Shown here piece after piece: positions 1 to 10,501 of a DNA stretch of 64,000 bases. Position numbers and translations under genes: made by a program. Where the stretch lies: positions 1,456 to 65,455 of the forward strand of contig CACKBQ010000001.1 of the NCBI GenBank assembly GCA_902598405.1, given 5' to 3'. The notes beneath the pieces were generated by a model, which was given only the letters and a program-made list of their open reading frames with translations, did not search any database and was not told the DNA's origin. The stretch comes from an uncultured Pelagibacteraceae bacterium (lineage in GTDB: Bacteria > Pseudomonadota > Alphaproteobacteria > Pelagibacterales > AG-422-B15). The first letter of the stretch is position 1. Every line of letters starts with the position of its first letter.

Positions 1-2
1 AT

Positions 3-3000
3 CAAACAAGAATTACATCAGAAATTTTTGGTGATGATAGTGAACAAGTTAAACCAATTATAGAAAAAAATGTTTCTGACTCTGCTGCCTTAGATGCCGC
101 GTTTGAATTATATGTTAGAGCTGGAAGATCAGTCCCCCTTGTTAAAACTCTTTTAATTCCTGAGGCGTGGTCAAAAAGGAGTGAACTGATGCCAATTGAG
201 CATAGAAATATGTATGAGTTTTCCAATGCTATTGTAGAACCATGGGATGGACCCGCCGCTATAGCTGCAGTTGACGGAAATTGGATTATTGGTGGTATGG
301 ATCGAAATGGCTTAAGGCCAATGCGGTACTCTGTATCAAATGACAACATAATATACGTTGGTTCCGAAACAGGAATGGTCAGAGTTGATGAATCAAAGAT
401 AGTTGAAAAAGGGAGACTGGGCCCTGGAGATATAATTGGAATAAATTTAAAGGAAGGTAAGATTTATCGTAACTCTGATTTAAAAGACTATCTTGCAAAA
501 GAAGCTCCTTATGAAGAGTATGTCAAAAAAATAATTCGATTAGATAAAAGAGTAACAGTTTCAAGAGAGTCGACAGTTATAGAAACTGAAAAATTAAGAA
601 AGAGAATGATCGCGGCTGGCTTCACAATGGAAGAACTAGAACTTATTCTTCATCCAATGGTGAGTGATGCCAAGGAATCTACTGGAAGCATGGGTGACGA
701 TACTCCTGTTGCTGTATTATCGGACAAGTATCGGCCATTATCTCATTTTTTTAGACAAAAGTTTAGTCAGGTAACAAACCCTCCAATTGATAGTCTAAGA
801 GAGCAAAGTAGAATGAGTTTAAAAACTCGATTTGGAAATTTGCAAGATATTCTATCTCCCAATCCGTATGAAGAAAATGTTTTTGTAATTGATAGTCCAT
901 TTATAACAAATGGATTGTTCAAAAAGATTTCTGCTCGGGGACAAGAGTCTACAACTGTAATTGATTGTACAGTTCATAAGGATAATTTTAATTTAAAAGA
1001 GGAAATAAAGCGTATTCAATTCGAGTCTGAGACTGCAGTTTTAAGCGGAAAGTCTCATATCGTGCTGTCTGATATTACTGCGGATCACGACAAATTATCT
1101 CTACCAATGATACTGATCACCGCTGCAGTTCATACAGATTTGACACGTAAAGGTATAAGATCTTTTGTATCATTGCACGTAAGGTCTGCAGAGTGTCTGG
1201 ATACTCATTACTTTGCTGTACTTATTGGTGTTGGTGCCACGACAGTAAACCCATACTTAGCATTAGACTGTATTTATGAAAGACAACAAAAGGGACTCTT
1301 TGGAAATTTATCTTACGAGGAATGTGTTGAGCGATATAAAAAAGCAGTAGACCAAGGCTTGCTTAAAGTTATGTCTAAGCTTGGAATTTCAGTTATTAGT
1401 GCTTACAGGGGCGGATTTAATTTTGAAGCTGTTGGCTTAAGCCGCTCAATGGTCAATGAATATTTCCTTGGTGTACAAAGTCGTATGTCAGGCATTGGTC
1501 TATCTGGAATTGAAAAAAAACTAACCGATCTTCATAATTATGCGTATTCGGATAGCGTACAAACATTGCCGATTGGTGGTATATATCGGTACAGAAACGG
1601 TGGTGAAACTCATGCTTATGAAGGCAAGTTGATACACCTTCTACAAACAGCGGTTGCGGATGACTCTTATGAGATGTTTAAAAAATATTCAAACTCCATG
1701 AGCAACTTTGCTCCAATCAATATTAGAGATTTGCTCGAGTTTAAAGAAAGTGAAAGTTCAATCGAATTAAGCGAAGTGGAATCAATAACGTCTATCAGAA
1801 AGCGCTTCGGTACAGGAAGTATGTCACATGGAGCACTTTCAAAGGAGGCCCATGAAACACTAGCAATAGCAATGAACCGGATCGGAGGTGCTTCTTGTTC
1901 AGGCGAAGGTGGTGAATCGATTGAAAGATCGAAGCCTCTCAATAATGGAGACAGTGCCAACTCAAGAGTAAAACAAGTAGCTTCTGCAAGGTTTGGTGTA
2001 ACAACTGAATATTTAAATAACTGTGAGGAAATAGAGATTAAAATAGCACAAGGAGCTAAGCCTGGTGAGGGTGGTCAGCTTCCTGGATTTAAAGTTACTA
2101 CTGAGATAGCCAAGCTTCGCCACTCAACAGAAGGTGTTACACTTATAAGCCCTCCACCACATCATGATATTTATTCAATAGAAGATCTTGCTCAACTTAT
2201 TTATGACTTAAAACAGGCAAACCCAGATGCTAGAGTTTGTGTAAAGCTTGTAGCATCATCTGGAATTGGAACAATAGCGGCAGGTGTTGCGAAGGCTAAA
2301 GCTGACGTCATTTTAATTTCAGGACATAATGGTGGAACTGGAGCAAGCCCTCAAACAAGTATTAAATACGCGGGTATCCCGTGGGAAATGGGTTTAACAG
2401 AAGTGAATCAAGTTTTGACACTTAACGGCTTAAGGCAAAACGTTGTGCTTAGAACTGATGGGGGTATCAAAACAGGTCGTGACGTTGTAATTGCTGCAAT
2501 CATGGGCGCCGAGGAGTTTGGGGTTGGCACAACTTCACTCGTTGCGATGGGCTGTATAATGGTAAGGCAATGTCACTCAAACACATGTCCAGTTGGAGTT
2601 TGTACCCAAGATGAGGACTTAAGGGCGAGATTTTCAGGTAGCCCTGAAAAAGTGGTTAACCTTTTTAGTTATATAGCTGAAGAGGTAAGAGAGATCTTAG
2701 CAAAACTTGGATTCAAAAGTCTAAACGAAATTATCGGAAGAACTGACCTTTTGTATCAAATATCAAGGGGATCAACTCATTTAGATGACTTAGACCTTAA
2801 TTCATTGCTCATTCAAGCGGAAAAGGATCCAAACGTAGAATACTTTAACCACTCCATTATTAATGACGTTGGGTCAACACTTGACCAAAAAATTATTGAG
2901 GATGCATCTAAATTTTTACAAACAGGTCAAAAAACTGAACTAAACTATCCCATTAGAAATACCGATAGAGCTGTTGGTACAAGATTATCTTCGACTATAT

Positions 3001-3692
3001 ACAGAACTTTCAAAGATAAAGAAGTTAATAAAGAGCATTTAACCATCAATCTAACGGGGTCAGCGGGTCAGTCACTAGGAGCTTTTGCTATTAAAGGACT
3101 AAAAATAAATCTTTATGGAGACTCAAATGATTATGTTGGTAAAGGCTTATCTGGTGCAACCATTTCAATTCGACCTCATAAGAATAGTAATTTAGTTACA
3201 AATGAAAATACAATAATCGGAAATACAGTTCTTTACGGTGCCACTTCAGGAGAGTTATATGCCGCTGGACAAGCAGGTGAGAGGTTTGCCGTTAGGAACT
3301 CAGGGGCGATTACAGTTGTAGAAGGATGTGGCTCTAACGGCTGTGAGTACATGACTGGCGGCACTGTTGTTGTGCTTGGAAAAACTGGAGATAATTTTGG
3401 AGCAGGTATGACAGGAGGCATGGCTTTTATTTATGATGAGGATAAAAAATTTAATCAGAGAGTTAACGCTGAAACTCTAATTTTTGATACTATAGCATCT
3501 GATTATTGGACAAATGAACTTAACCAAATTATTCTTTCACATTATCAAAATACGGGAAGTCTTCACGCGAAAAGTATATTAGACAACTGGGAAACTGAAT
3601 TACAAAAATTTATACACGTATGTCCAAAAGAGATAGTAAACATTCTTCCTCAGCCATTAGGATTCAAAGATCAGTTGAAGAAAGTCAACTAG
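3..3692 (+). CDS. gltB: glutamate synthase large subunit, 5'-truncated by the window edge
   Basis: The frame is open from the window edge. Translation upstream of the tracked Met reads ...LIPEAWSKRSELMPIEH, continuous with the 1167-aa ORF. It has FMN/synthase-domain signatures (IAQGAKPGEGGQLPG, ISPPPHHDIYSIEDL) and a C-terminal G-rich beta-helix domain. The N-terminal amidotransferase part lies upstream of the window. Confidence 0.95.
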   Translation, partial: QTRITSEIFGDDSEQVKPIIEKNVSDSAALDAAFELYVRAGRSVPLVKTLLIPEAWSKRSELMPIEHRNMYEFSNAIVEPWDGPAAIAAVDGNWIIGGMDRNGLRPMRYSVSNDNIIYVGSETGMVRVDESKIVEKGRLGPGDIIGINLKEGKIYRNSDLKDYLAKEAPYEEYVKKIIRLDKRVTVSRESTVIETEKLRKRMIAAGFTMEELELILHPMVSDAKESTGSMGDDTPVAVLSDKYRPLSHFFRQKFSQVTNPPIDSLREQSRMSLKTRFGNLQDILSPNPYEENVFVIDSPFITNGLFKKISARGQESTTVIDCTVHKDNFNLKEEIKRIQFESETAVLSGKSHIVLSDITADHDKLSLPMILITAAVHTDLTRKGIRSFVSLHVRSAECLDTHYFAVLIGVGATTVNPYLALDCIYERQQKGLFGNLSYEECVERYKKAVDQGLLKVMSKLGISVISAYRGGFNFEAVGLSRSMVNEYFLGVQSRMSGIGLSGIEKKLTDLHNYAYSDSVQTLPIGGIYRYRNGGETHAYEGKLIHLLQTAVADDSYEMFKKYSNSMSNFAPINIRDLLEFKESESSIELSEVESITSIRKRFGTGSMSHGALSKEAHETLAIAMNRIGGASCSGEGGESIERSKPLNNGDSANSRVKQVASARFGVTTEYLNNCEEIEIKIAQGAKPGEGGQLPGFKVTTEIAKLRHSTEGVTLISPPPHHDIYSIEDLAQLIYDLKQANPDARVCVKLVASSGIGTIAAGVAKAKADVILISGHNGGTGASPQTSIKYAGIPWEMGLTEVNQVLTLNGLRQNVVLRTDGGIKTGRDVVIAAIMGAEEFGVGTTSLVAMGCIMVRQCHSNTCPVGVCTQDEDLRARFSGSPEKVVNLFSYIAEEVREILAKLGFKSLNEIIGRTDLLYQISRGSTHLDDLDLNSLLIQAEKDPNVEYFNHSIINDVGSTLDQKIIEDASKFLQTGQKTELNYPIRNTDRAVGTRLSSTIYRTFKDKEVNKEHLTINLTGSAGQSLGAFAIKGLKINLYGDSNDYVGKGLSGATISIRPHKNSNLVTNENTIIGNTVLYGATSGELYAAGQAGERFAVRNSGAITVVEGCGSNGCEYMTGGTVVVLGKTGDNFGAGMTGGMAFIYDEDKKFNQRVNAETLIFDTIASDYWTNELNQIILSHYQNTGSLHAKSILDNWETELQKFIHVCPKEIVNILPQPLGFKDQLKKVN

Positions 3693-4792
3693 ATAAAAGT
3701 AATAAACTTAAAAAATTAATAGAAGAGCATGGTTTTGATACTTTTGGTATTGTAGATATAAACCCGAACTTGGATTTTAAAAAAGAACTAGACGAGTTCT
3801 TGGAAAAAAATCATCACGGCGAAATGGTATGGATGGAGAAAAGATCCAACTATAGGTCTAATCCAAACGTTTTGTGGGATGAAGCTCAGTCAATAATTGT
3901 TCTTGGGATCAACTATCATTTTGAATGTAATTCACTCGAGTTATTGTCTGAAAAAAACAAGGGTATAATTTCTGTTTATTCGAGAAATTCTGATTATCAT
4001 AAAATAATCAAAAAAAAATTGAAAAGTCTTTCAATTGAAATTTCAAAGTTGCTTGATTGCAGTTTTAAATACTTTGTTGATACAGCACCTGTTATGGAAA
4101 AGCCTATTTCTATGAAAGGTGGTATTGGTTGGCAAGGTAAACATACAAACCTAGTTTCAAAAGACTTTGGTTCATGGTTATTTCTTTCATCGATTTTTGT
4201 TGATAAAAAAATAAATAATACTCACCCAGAAATTGACCATTGCGGTTCATGTACAAACTGTATTGATATATGCCCAACTAATGCAATTGTTGAACCTTAT
4301 AAATTAGATGCTACTAAATGTATTTCATATCTCACAATTGAACATAAAGGAACTATAGATAAAAATTTAAGAAAACTAATTGGAAATAGAATTTATGGTT
4401 GTGATGATTGTTTAGCAGTTTGTCCCTGGAATAAATTTGCGAAAAAATCTAAAGAAATTAGTTTTCATCCAAGAGATGATCTTATCAAACCTGATTTAGG
4501 TACTTTTTTAAGCTTAACAGATGAGGATTTCAGAAAAAAGTTTTCTAAATCGAGTATTAAAAGGATCGGTAGAGATAGATTCCTTAGAAACGTATTAATA
4601 GCAGTAGGTAATAGTAAAGAAAAAAACTATTATAAACAAATTTTACGATTACTTGAGGATAAATCAGAATTAGTTCGTGCAATGGCAGTTTGGGCAATGC
4701 GCAAGATGTGTGATGGAAGCAAATTTATTGAACTTAAAGAAAAATATTCAAAATATGAAAGTGATGATGCTGTGATTAATGAATGGAATTAA
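3620..4792 (+). CDS. queG: epoxyqueuosine reductase (tRNA queuosine biosynthesis)
   Basis: It has two ferredoxin-type cluster motifs (CGSCTNCIDICP, GCDDCLAVCPWN) and a C-terminal HEAT-like segment (LVRAMAVWAMRKM). The only canonical start in frame is ATG 3620, which lies 73 nt inside gltB, so the start is uncertain. Confidence 0.85.
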   Translation: MSKRDSKHSSSAIRIQRSVEESQLDKSNKLKKLIEEHGFDTFGIVDINPNLDFKKELDEFLEKNHHGEMVWMEKRSNYRSNPNVLWDEAQSIIVLGINYHFECNSLELLSEKNKGIISVYSRNSDYHKIIKKKLKSLSIEISKLLDCSFKYFVDTAPVMEKPISMKGGIGWQGKHTNLVSKDFGSWLFLSSIFVDKKINNTHPEIDHCGSCTNCIDICPTNAIVEPYKLDATKCISYLTIEHKGTIDKNLRKLIGNRIYGCDDCLAVCPWNKFAKKSKEISFHPRDDLIKPDLGTFLSLTDEDFRKKFSKSSIKRIGRDRFLRNVLIAVGNSKEKNYYKQILRLLEDKSELVRAMAVWAMRKMCDGSKFIELKEKYSKYESDDAVINEWN

Positions 4793-5897
4793 ACATATAA
4801 ATATTTTATTCATATTCTTTATATTTTTAACCTCATGCACTCAATACGAATATGAAATAGAGGACATTAAAGATTCTTTTACACAAAGTAATTGTTTTCA
4901 ATCTCAGACAGTATCAAGTTTTTGTGATTTAGATAGCAGTATAATCCACAAAAAATGGGCAAAAGAATATCATGCTAAATTTAAATCTGATAAGCATCGC
5001 TATTTAGTTAATCTATCTGAATTAACTGGCATTGAAGCGGAGAAATTGTCTATTAAACCTAAAATGTTAAATTTTTATGGTTTTGAGGAAAAAGATTCAA
5101 TGAATTCTTTTAGGGGAGAAGGCGAGCAAGGTCTGGTAAAAGGGGCTCCTAGTTTTGCATTTAAAGGCGATGAGTTTTGGTCTGTCACTGTTGATTATTC
5201 AGAGTGTAAGAACAAATCAGGTTTTTCTGACTGTAGGCAGTCGGAAGGCTCATCACGTGTTGAAACAAGAGATAAAAAAAATTGGTCGATGTATGAAGGG
5301 TCTGAAGTTTGGATACATTATGCAATTCAACCTAAAATTAATATTCTATTTCAAAATGACAAACGTCGATTTACAGTTGGACAATGTCATCCCTCAGATG
5401 CCGGCGGTCATAAAGGGTTAACGTGGATGCTTCGATTTCGAGATAGCGGTCTTCACATAGTTCAATATTTTAAGCACTATAATATAAATTTTAAAGATGA
5501 TGATGGAGAATGGAAAATAAAAAGAGCAACACTCGATCCAGAGAGTACAAGCTGGAAACAAACCCACACTCTTTTAAAGAAATTTGAAGCAAACGAATTT
5601 AAAGGTTCGAATGAATGGACAAGTGTGATGATACACCATGTTCAATCCAATAAAAAAGATAAGGGCCTTCTCGAGGTTTATATAGATGGGGATTGGACAA
5701 ATCCTGTTTATTCTTACAAGGGGGAAATGTCTATTCCTGAGAAAAATAAATGCTATTTTAAATTTGGTCTTTATACAAATGGGAATGAAACAGCAATTGA
5801 TCGCAAACTAGTTGAAAATATGACTGTTTGGTATGACAATATGGCAATTGCTAAATCAAAAGCAAAACTATTAGAAATAATCAATTCAAATGAATAA
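4779..5897 (+). CDS. lipoprotein with a polysaccharide-lyase-like (concanavalin-like) domain
   Basis: It has a signal peptide with lipobox (FLTSC). The C-terminal pattern LLEVYIDGDW...KCYFKFGLYTNG and GQCHP...GLTWMLRF resemble the PF14099-type polysaccharide lyase fold as I remember it. This was not verified by search. Confidence 0.5.
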   Translation: MNGIKHINILFIFFIFLTSCTQYEYEIEDIKDSFTQSNCFQSQTVSSFCDLDSSIIHKKWAKEYHAKFKSDKHRYLVNLSELTGIEAEKLSIKPKMLNFYGFEEKDSMNSFRGEGEQGLVKGAPSFAFKGDEFWSVTVDYSECKNKSGFSDCRQSEGSSRVETRDKKNWSMYEGSEVWIHYAIQPKINILFQNDKRRFTVGQCHPSDAGGHKGLTWMLRFRDSGLHIVQYFKHYNINFKDDDGEWKIKRATLDPESTSWKQTHTLLKKFEANEFKGSNEWTSVMIHHVQSNKKDKGLLEVYIDGDWTNPVYSYKGEMSIPEKNKCYFKFGLYTNGNETAIDRKLVENMTVWYDNMAIAKSKAKLLEIINSNE

Positions 5898-6744
5898 ACT
5901 TCTTATATTTGGACATGGCTATACAACTAAAAACTTAACTAAAATTATTACTGACGATTTTAGTGAAATATTTGTGACATCCAGGGAGCCCGAAAAAATA
6001 AATGATAAATTTGTAAATCATGTAATCAGATATGAAGATTCCGGTGAATTTTTAATTAGTAAAAAAAATGATCTTACTCACATTTTGTGTTCCATACCGC
6101 CCGACGAAAATGGAGATCCTGTGTATGAAAGATTTAAAAATGATATCAAAGATCTTTGTTCATTAAAGTGGATTGGATATTTGTCTGCTACTAGTGTGTA
6201 CGGTGATCATAATGGTGAATTTGTTGATGAAAATTCTGAATTAAAGGCAAATACTAGTAGAGGCCTTAATAGAATATTAGCTGAAAAACAATGGGAGGAG
6301 TTTTGCACTAATCACAATATTATACTTAAAATATTCAGAATTGCAGGCATCTATGGTAAAGGAAGAAATATTTATGAGAGAATAAAAAAAGGTGACTATA
6401 AGTTAATTCTAAAAGATAAACAATATTTCTCTAGGATTCACATTAACGATTTGACCCACTGTTTAAAAGAGTCTCTTAAAAGAATTGATCAATTTGAAAT
6501 TTTTAATCTTGCTGATGACGCACCATCAAATATCCAAGATGTCGTTGAATATATTTGTAAAAAAATGAACATTAAACTTCCTAACACAATAAATTATGAA
6601 CAATTAGAAAATGAAATGACTAAAAATTTTTTTACCGATAATAAAAAAGTTCTTAATACAAAAATAAAACAAAAATTAAATTTTAAACTAAAGTACCCTT
6701 CATACAAAGAAGGTTATAATCAAATTATCAATTCAAAAAATTAA
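5890..6744 (+). CDS. NAD(P)-binding SDR/epimerase-dehydratase-like protein
   Basis: It has an N-terminal Rossmann-like strand-loop (LLIFGHGYTTKNL), the size is right, and YGxxK-like context (IYGKGRN) is typical of atypical SDRs. Confidence 0.6.
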   Translation: MNKLLIFGHGYTTKNLTKIITDDFSEIFVTSREPEKINDKFVNHVIRYEDSGEFLISKKNDLTHILCSIPPDENGDPVYERFKNDIKDLCSLKWIGYLSATSVYGDHNGEFVDENSELKANTSRGLNRILAEKQWEEFCTNHNIILKIFRIAGIYGKGRNIYERIKKGDYKLILKDKQYFSRIHINDLTHCLKESLKRIDQFEIFNLADDAPSNIQDVVEYICKKMNIKLPNTINYEQLENEMTKNFFTDNKKVLNTKIKQKLNFKLKYPSYKEGYNQIINSKN

Positions 6745-7631
6745 ATACCTGTATTCGACTCAACTTGTAATCTACTAATTGCGATCCCAACTACTACAAG
6801 TATAACACCAATTAATAACGAAAATTTCAGTGGTTCATTCATTAATGCCCAGCCATAAAATATTCCAAATACAGGAATTAAATATGCCACCTGCATCATG
6901 AAAGTAGTTCCCGCAGTTCTAATCAATATTTGTCTCAGACTAAATGCAAGGCCAGTTGGAATTATACCTAAATAAAATAATGCAGATATCGCTGTAAGAT
7001 TCATTTCATAATTTATTGGTTCAGCAAATAATAGCATCAATGGAATAAGCCATATACTTCCCCATGCGAGCGTATTCATCGTAACCATATCGGAAGGCAA
7101 GTTTGAAACTTTTCGAATAATTAAATTTGATACCACATATGAACAACCCGCTAAATAAATCGCTAGAGCGCCGATAAAACTTGATATATCAGTTACAAAA
7201 ACTTGCACGCCAACCGCGAACACAACTCCAGAAAAACCAATTATAGTTCCTATCATTTTTCTAAGGTTTAATTTTTCATCATCTGTAAAATAATGTGCCA
7301 ATATCAATGCAAGAAAAGGGTTGGCTGACATTATAATAACACCTATGTTGCTAGGCAGTGTTAATAATCCGTAAGGGATCAAAGTGAAAGGGATCGCGGC
7401 GTTAAATAATCCAATGATTGCGTAAGTAAATGTATTTTCTTTAAAAAGCTGAAGGCTTCCTGCTCTATATAGAACTGCTAAAAGAAGAAAAATCGCCCCA
7501 ATAAATGTTCTAAAAAACCCTATTTCAATTGGATTAAACATAAAGTTGCAAAACTTTATTGCTACAAAAGAGGCTCCCCAAACAGCACCAAGAAATACCA
7601 AAAGTGAATAATTATTAAGAGTTGAATTCAT
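6741..7631 (-). CDS. EamA/DMT-family transporter
   Basis: About 10 predicted TM helices arranged as two EamA-like halves. 296 aa. Confidence 0.8.
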   Translation of the reverse strand: MNSTLNNYSLLVFLGAVWGASFVAIKFCNFMFNPIEIGFFRTFIGAIFLLLAVLYRAGSLQLFKENTFTYAIIGLFNAAIPFTLIPYGLLTLPSNIGVIIMSANPFLALILAHYFTDDEKLNLRKMIGTIIGFSGVVFAVGVQVFVTDISSFIGALAIYLAGCSYVVSNLIIRKVSNLPSDMVTMNTLAWGSIWLIPLMLLFAEPINYEMNLTAISALFYLGIIPTGLAFSLRQILIRTAGTTFMMQVAYLIPVFGIFYGWALMNEPLKFSLLIGVILVVVGIAISRLQVESNTGI

Positions 7632-8377
7632 TACAATAACTCTTCGATATTTTTGTATAAAGTATTTAGATCAGTTTCTCTTGAAAGACTATGATCTCCA
7701 TCTTCAATAATTGTCAGTTTTTTATTTTTACTTTCCAATAATTCAATAATTTTCTCAGAGGTTTTAAAACTTACTACCTGATCTTTCCTTCCATGAAGAA
7801 GCCTTACAGGACAAGAGATATTTATTGGCTTTGTTAAGAGCATATTTTTTTTTCCATCTTCAAGAAATTTATAAGTTATGGTGTAATCTTCAGCGTACTT
7901 ATCCCAATTAATTATAATTTTACCTTCAGACTTAATTTGTTTTTTTTGTTCAACACTTAGCCTATTCCATTCACCTACAACAAAATCTGGTGCTGAAGCT
8001 ATACCTACTAGACCATGCACATAATTTGATTTTTGCTTAGATACGATCAAAGAAATCCATCCACCCATACTCGAACCAATAATAATATTTTTATTTGATT
8101 TAAATTTTTCAAATATTTCACTCGCTTCTATTGACCACTTACTAATTCCGCCATCTTCAAATTTACCCTTTGACACGCCATGACCAGAATAGTCAAATCT
8201 CAAAAAATTCAATTTATTTTCAATGCACCATTTACTCAAAGCAGTTGCCTTAGTTCCATCCATGCTTGAGCTATATCCTCCAAAAAAGAAAATTGTTGTT
8301 TGCGATTTAAGATCATCTTTTGAATAAGCGATTTGTTCATCAAAAGAAGAATTAATGTAACTAATTTTATTTTGCAT
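7631..8377 (-). CDS. alpha/beta-fold hydrolase
   Basis: It has the nucleophile elbow GSSMGG, a C-terminal GDH catalytic His context (EDGDHSL), and 248 aa. Confidence 0.8.
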   Translation of the reverse strand: MQNKISYINSSFDEQIAYSKDDLKSQTTIFFFGGYSSSMDGTKATALSKWCIENKLNFLRFDYSGHGVSKGKFEDGGISKWSIEASEIFEKFKSNKNIIIGSSMGGWISLIVSKQKSNYVHGLVGIASAPDFVVGEWNRLSVEQKKQIKSEGKIIINWDKYAEDYTITYKFLEDGKKNMLLTKPINISCPVRLLHGRKDQVVSFKTSEKIIELLESKNKKLTIIEDGDHSLSRETDLNTLYKNIEELL

Positions 8378-8417
8378 AATGATTTACTATTCATCATTTA
8401 ACTATTAGAAATACTAT

Positions 8418-9560
8418 ATGCAATCAAAAATTTGCGTATTACAAGTAATACCTAATCTTGATGTAAGTGGTGCTTCTCAAGGATGTGTAGATGTTGCAAA
8501 TTTTTTGTCAGAGAAGAACTATAATTCTTATATTCTAACGCATTCAGGGCTTAAAACATCAGAAGTAAAAGACTACAATGAAAAAGTTTTCTATGCTTCT
8601 GTAAACTCTAAAAATCCAATCAAAATCTTTTTTAATATAATTAAAATTATAAAACTTATCAAAAAACTAAAAATTACAATTGTTCACGCTAGAAGTAGAG
8701 CACCTGCATGGAGCTCATACTTTGCATGCGCTGTAACTGGCACAAAATTTATTACTACATTTCATGGTACATACAATTTTAGTAATCCACTAAAAAAGTA
8801 CTATAACTCCATTATGTTAAAAACAAATGGAACAATAGCAATTTCAGAGTTTATTAATGATCATATAAATAATTGTTACCCAACTAAAAATTATAATATT
8901 AGAACTATTGCCAGAGGCATAGACCTCAATTTTTTTGATCCAAATAACGTTAAAGCTCAGCAGGTAGAATTAATTATAAATGAACTCAATATTGATTATG
9001 ATGCAATTAAGATCCTTCTTGCCGGAAGAATAACTGAGTGGAAGGGACATAAACTTCTTCTTCAAGCGATTTCTAATATTATTAAACAAACAAATCATAA
9101 ATTCGAGGTAATTTTTGTTGGTCCTGATGAAAATTATAAACTAAAGAATTCATTAAAAAATTTTGCAAATGAACACAACCTCGCAAAATCTCTACATTTT
9201 GTGGGTTCAAGAACTGATCTGAATAATTTTTATAGTTTGGCTGATTTAGTAATATCTGCGTCAACAGATCCAGAAGCTTTTGGTAGAATTTCTGTCGAGG
9301 CCCAAGCAATGGGTAAATTTGTAATAGCGTCAAATCATGGAGGATCAGTCGAGACAGTGAATGACGGCGAAACAGGCTACTTATTTGAAAATAATAACGC
9401 TGAGGATCTATGCAAAAAAATTATTAATGCAATTTCTAATGAAAAATATAAATCAGAAAAGACTTCAGAAGCATGCATTTCACATGTTAGAGAAAAATAT
9501 TCAAAAATTAAAATGTGTGAGGAGACAATAAATTTTTATAAAGAAGTTATAAATGGTTAA
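8418..9560 (+). CDS. glycosyltransferase family 4 (GT-B), probable LPS core/envelope glycosyltransferase
   Basis: It has the C-terminal GT1/GT4 signature EAFGRISVEAQAMGKFVIASNHGGSVETVNDGETGYL. Confidence 0.85.
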   Translation: MQSKICVLQVIPNLDVSGASQGCVDVANFLSEKNYNSYILTHSGLKTSEVKDYNEKVFYASVNSKNPIKIFFNIIKIIKLIKKLKITIVHARSRAPAWSSYFACAVTGTKFITTFHGTYNFSNPLKKYYNSIMLKTNGTIAISEFINDHINNCYPTKNYNIRTIARGIDLNFFDPNNVKAQQVELIINELNIDYDAIKILLAGRITEWKGHKLLLQAISNIIKQTNHKFEVIFVGPDENYKLKNSLKNFANEHNLAKSLHFVGSRTDLNNFYSLADLVISASTDPEAFGRISVEAQAMGKFVIASNHGGSVETVNDGETGYLFENNNAEDLCKKIINAISNEKYKSEKTSEACISHVREKYSKIKMCEETINFYKEVING

Positions 9561-10476
9561 GAATATTTTGGTAATTAAGCACGGTTCTTTTGGAGATATT
9601 ATTCAAATAAATGGATGTTTGAAAGATATTCGAGAGCATTACTCAAAACATAAAATATATGTCTTAACTACACCGGCATTTAATAATTATTTTGGTAAGT
9701 GCCCTTTTATTGATGAAGTAATTTTAGATAAGAGGAAGTCTCGATGGAATTTAATCTACCTATATCAATTGAGGAAATTTTTCACCAAATATAAATTTGA
9801 AAGAATTTATGATTTACAAAATTCCCATCGAACTGAATTTTATCGAAAGTATCTATCTTCTTCTGAATGGATCTCTTCAAGGACAATGTTAAGATTTAAC
9901 GAAACAAAAGAAGAATTTGATAAAAAAAGTATTTTAGAAAGATTTAAATTACAATTATCAAGATCAAAAATAGATACGCAGTTCGCAGAAAAACCCCAAG
10001 TTTCATGGATGATAGATGATGATTTTCATATTTCTTCTGAAATTAAAAAAAATTATATAGTTTTATTTCCTTTTTGTTCTCCAAAACATAATCAAAAAAT
10101 CTGGCCTTATTATGAAGAGCTCATTTCAAAGCTTAAATCAAAGTTATTTGAAATGGATATTGTTATTGCTCCAGGACCAGGAGAAATAAATGCAGCAAGA
10201 AAATATAATGTTAAGTTATGTTTACATAACAATCAGCCAACAAATTTTTTTCAATTAGCGAAATTACTTATTGGCGCAAAATATGTAATTTCAAATGATA
10301 CAGGACCTGCACACTTAGCTGCTCACTTAGGATGCAGAGGTTTAGCATTATTTGGTGGTCACACTACACCAGAGAAAGTAAGTATTGAAACAGGCAGTTT
10401 TTTATCAATTTCTTCCAAAAATATAAGAAATATTAGTATGGAAGAAGTCTTCGATAAAATAGATTCTCATTTATAG
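9553..10476 (+). CDS. glycosyltransferase family 9 (heptosyltransferase-like)
   Basis: It has the N-terminal ILVIKHGSFGDIIQ and the C-terminal SNDTGPAHLAAHLG motifs typical of GT9. It overlaps the upstream GT4 gene by 8 nt. Confidence 0.8.
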   Translation: MVKNILVIKHGSFGDIIQINGCLKDIREHYSKHKIYVLTTPAFNNYFGKCPFIDEVILDKRKSRWNLIYLYQLRKFFTKYKFERIYDLQNSHRTEFYRKYLSSSEWISSRTMLRFNETKEEFDKKSILERFKLQLSRSKIDTQFAEKPQVSWMIDDDFHISSEIKKNYIVLFPFCSPKHNQKIWPYYEELISKLKSKLFEMDIVIAPGPGEINAARKYNVKLCLHNNQPTNFFQLAKLLIGAKYVISNDTGPAHLAAHLGCRGLALFGGHTTPEKVSIETGSFLSISSKNIRNISMEEVFDKIDSHL

Positions 10477-10501
10477 ATAGATGATATAATACTTAAGCCT
10501 T

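Noticed and set aside
1667-1960. Antisense or shadow ORFs inside well-supported genes: 2-349(-), 1667-1960(-), 3233-3421(-), 5155-5421(+), 9082-9333(-), 11240-11437(-), 12443-12778(-), 13501-13809(-), 15615-16917(-), 24061-24395(+), 37413-37607(+), 42578-42922(-), 49446-50369(+), 53352-53732(+), 61409-62206(+) and others.
   Set aside because: Each lies entirely within, or mostly opposite, a long ORF with clear family signatures. The translations are low-complexity and have no recognisable motifs. Such stop-free antisense frames are expected by chance.
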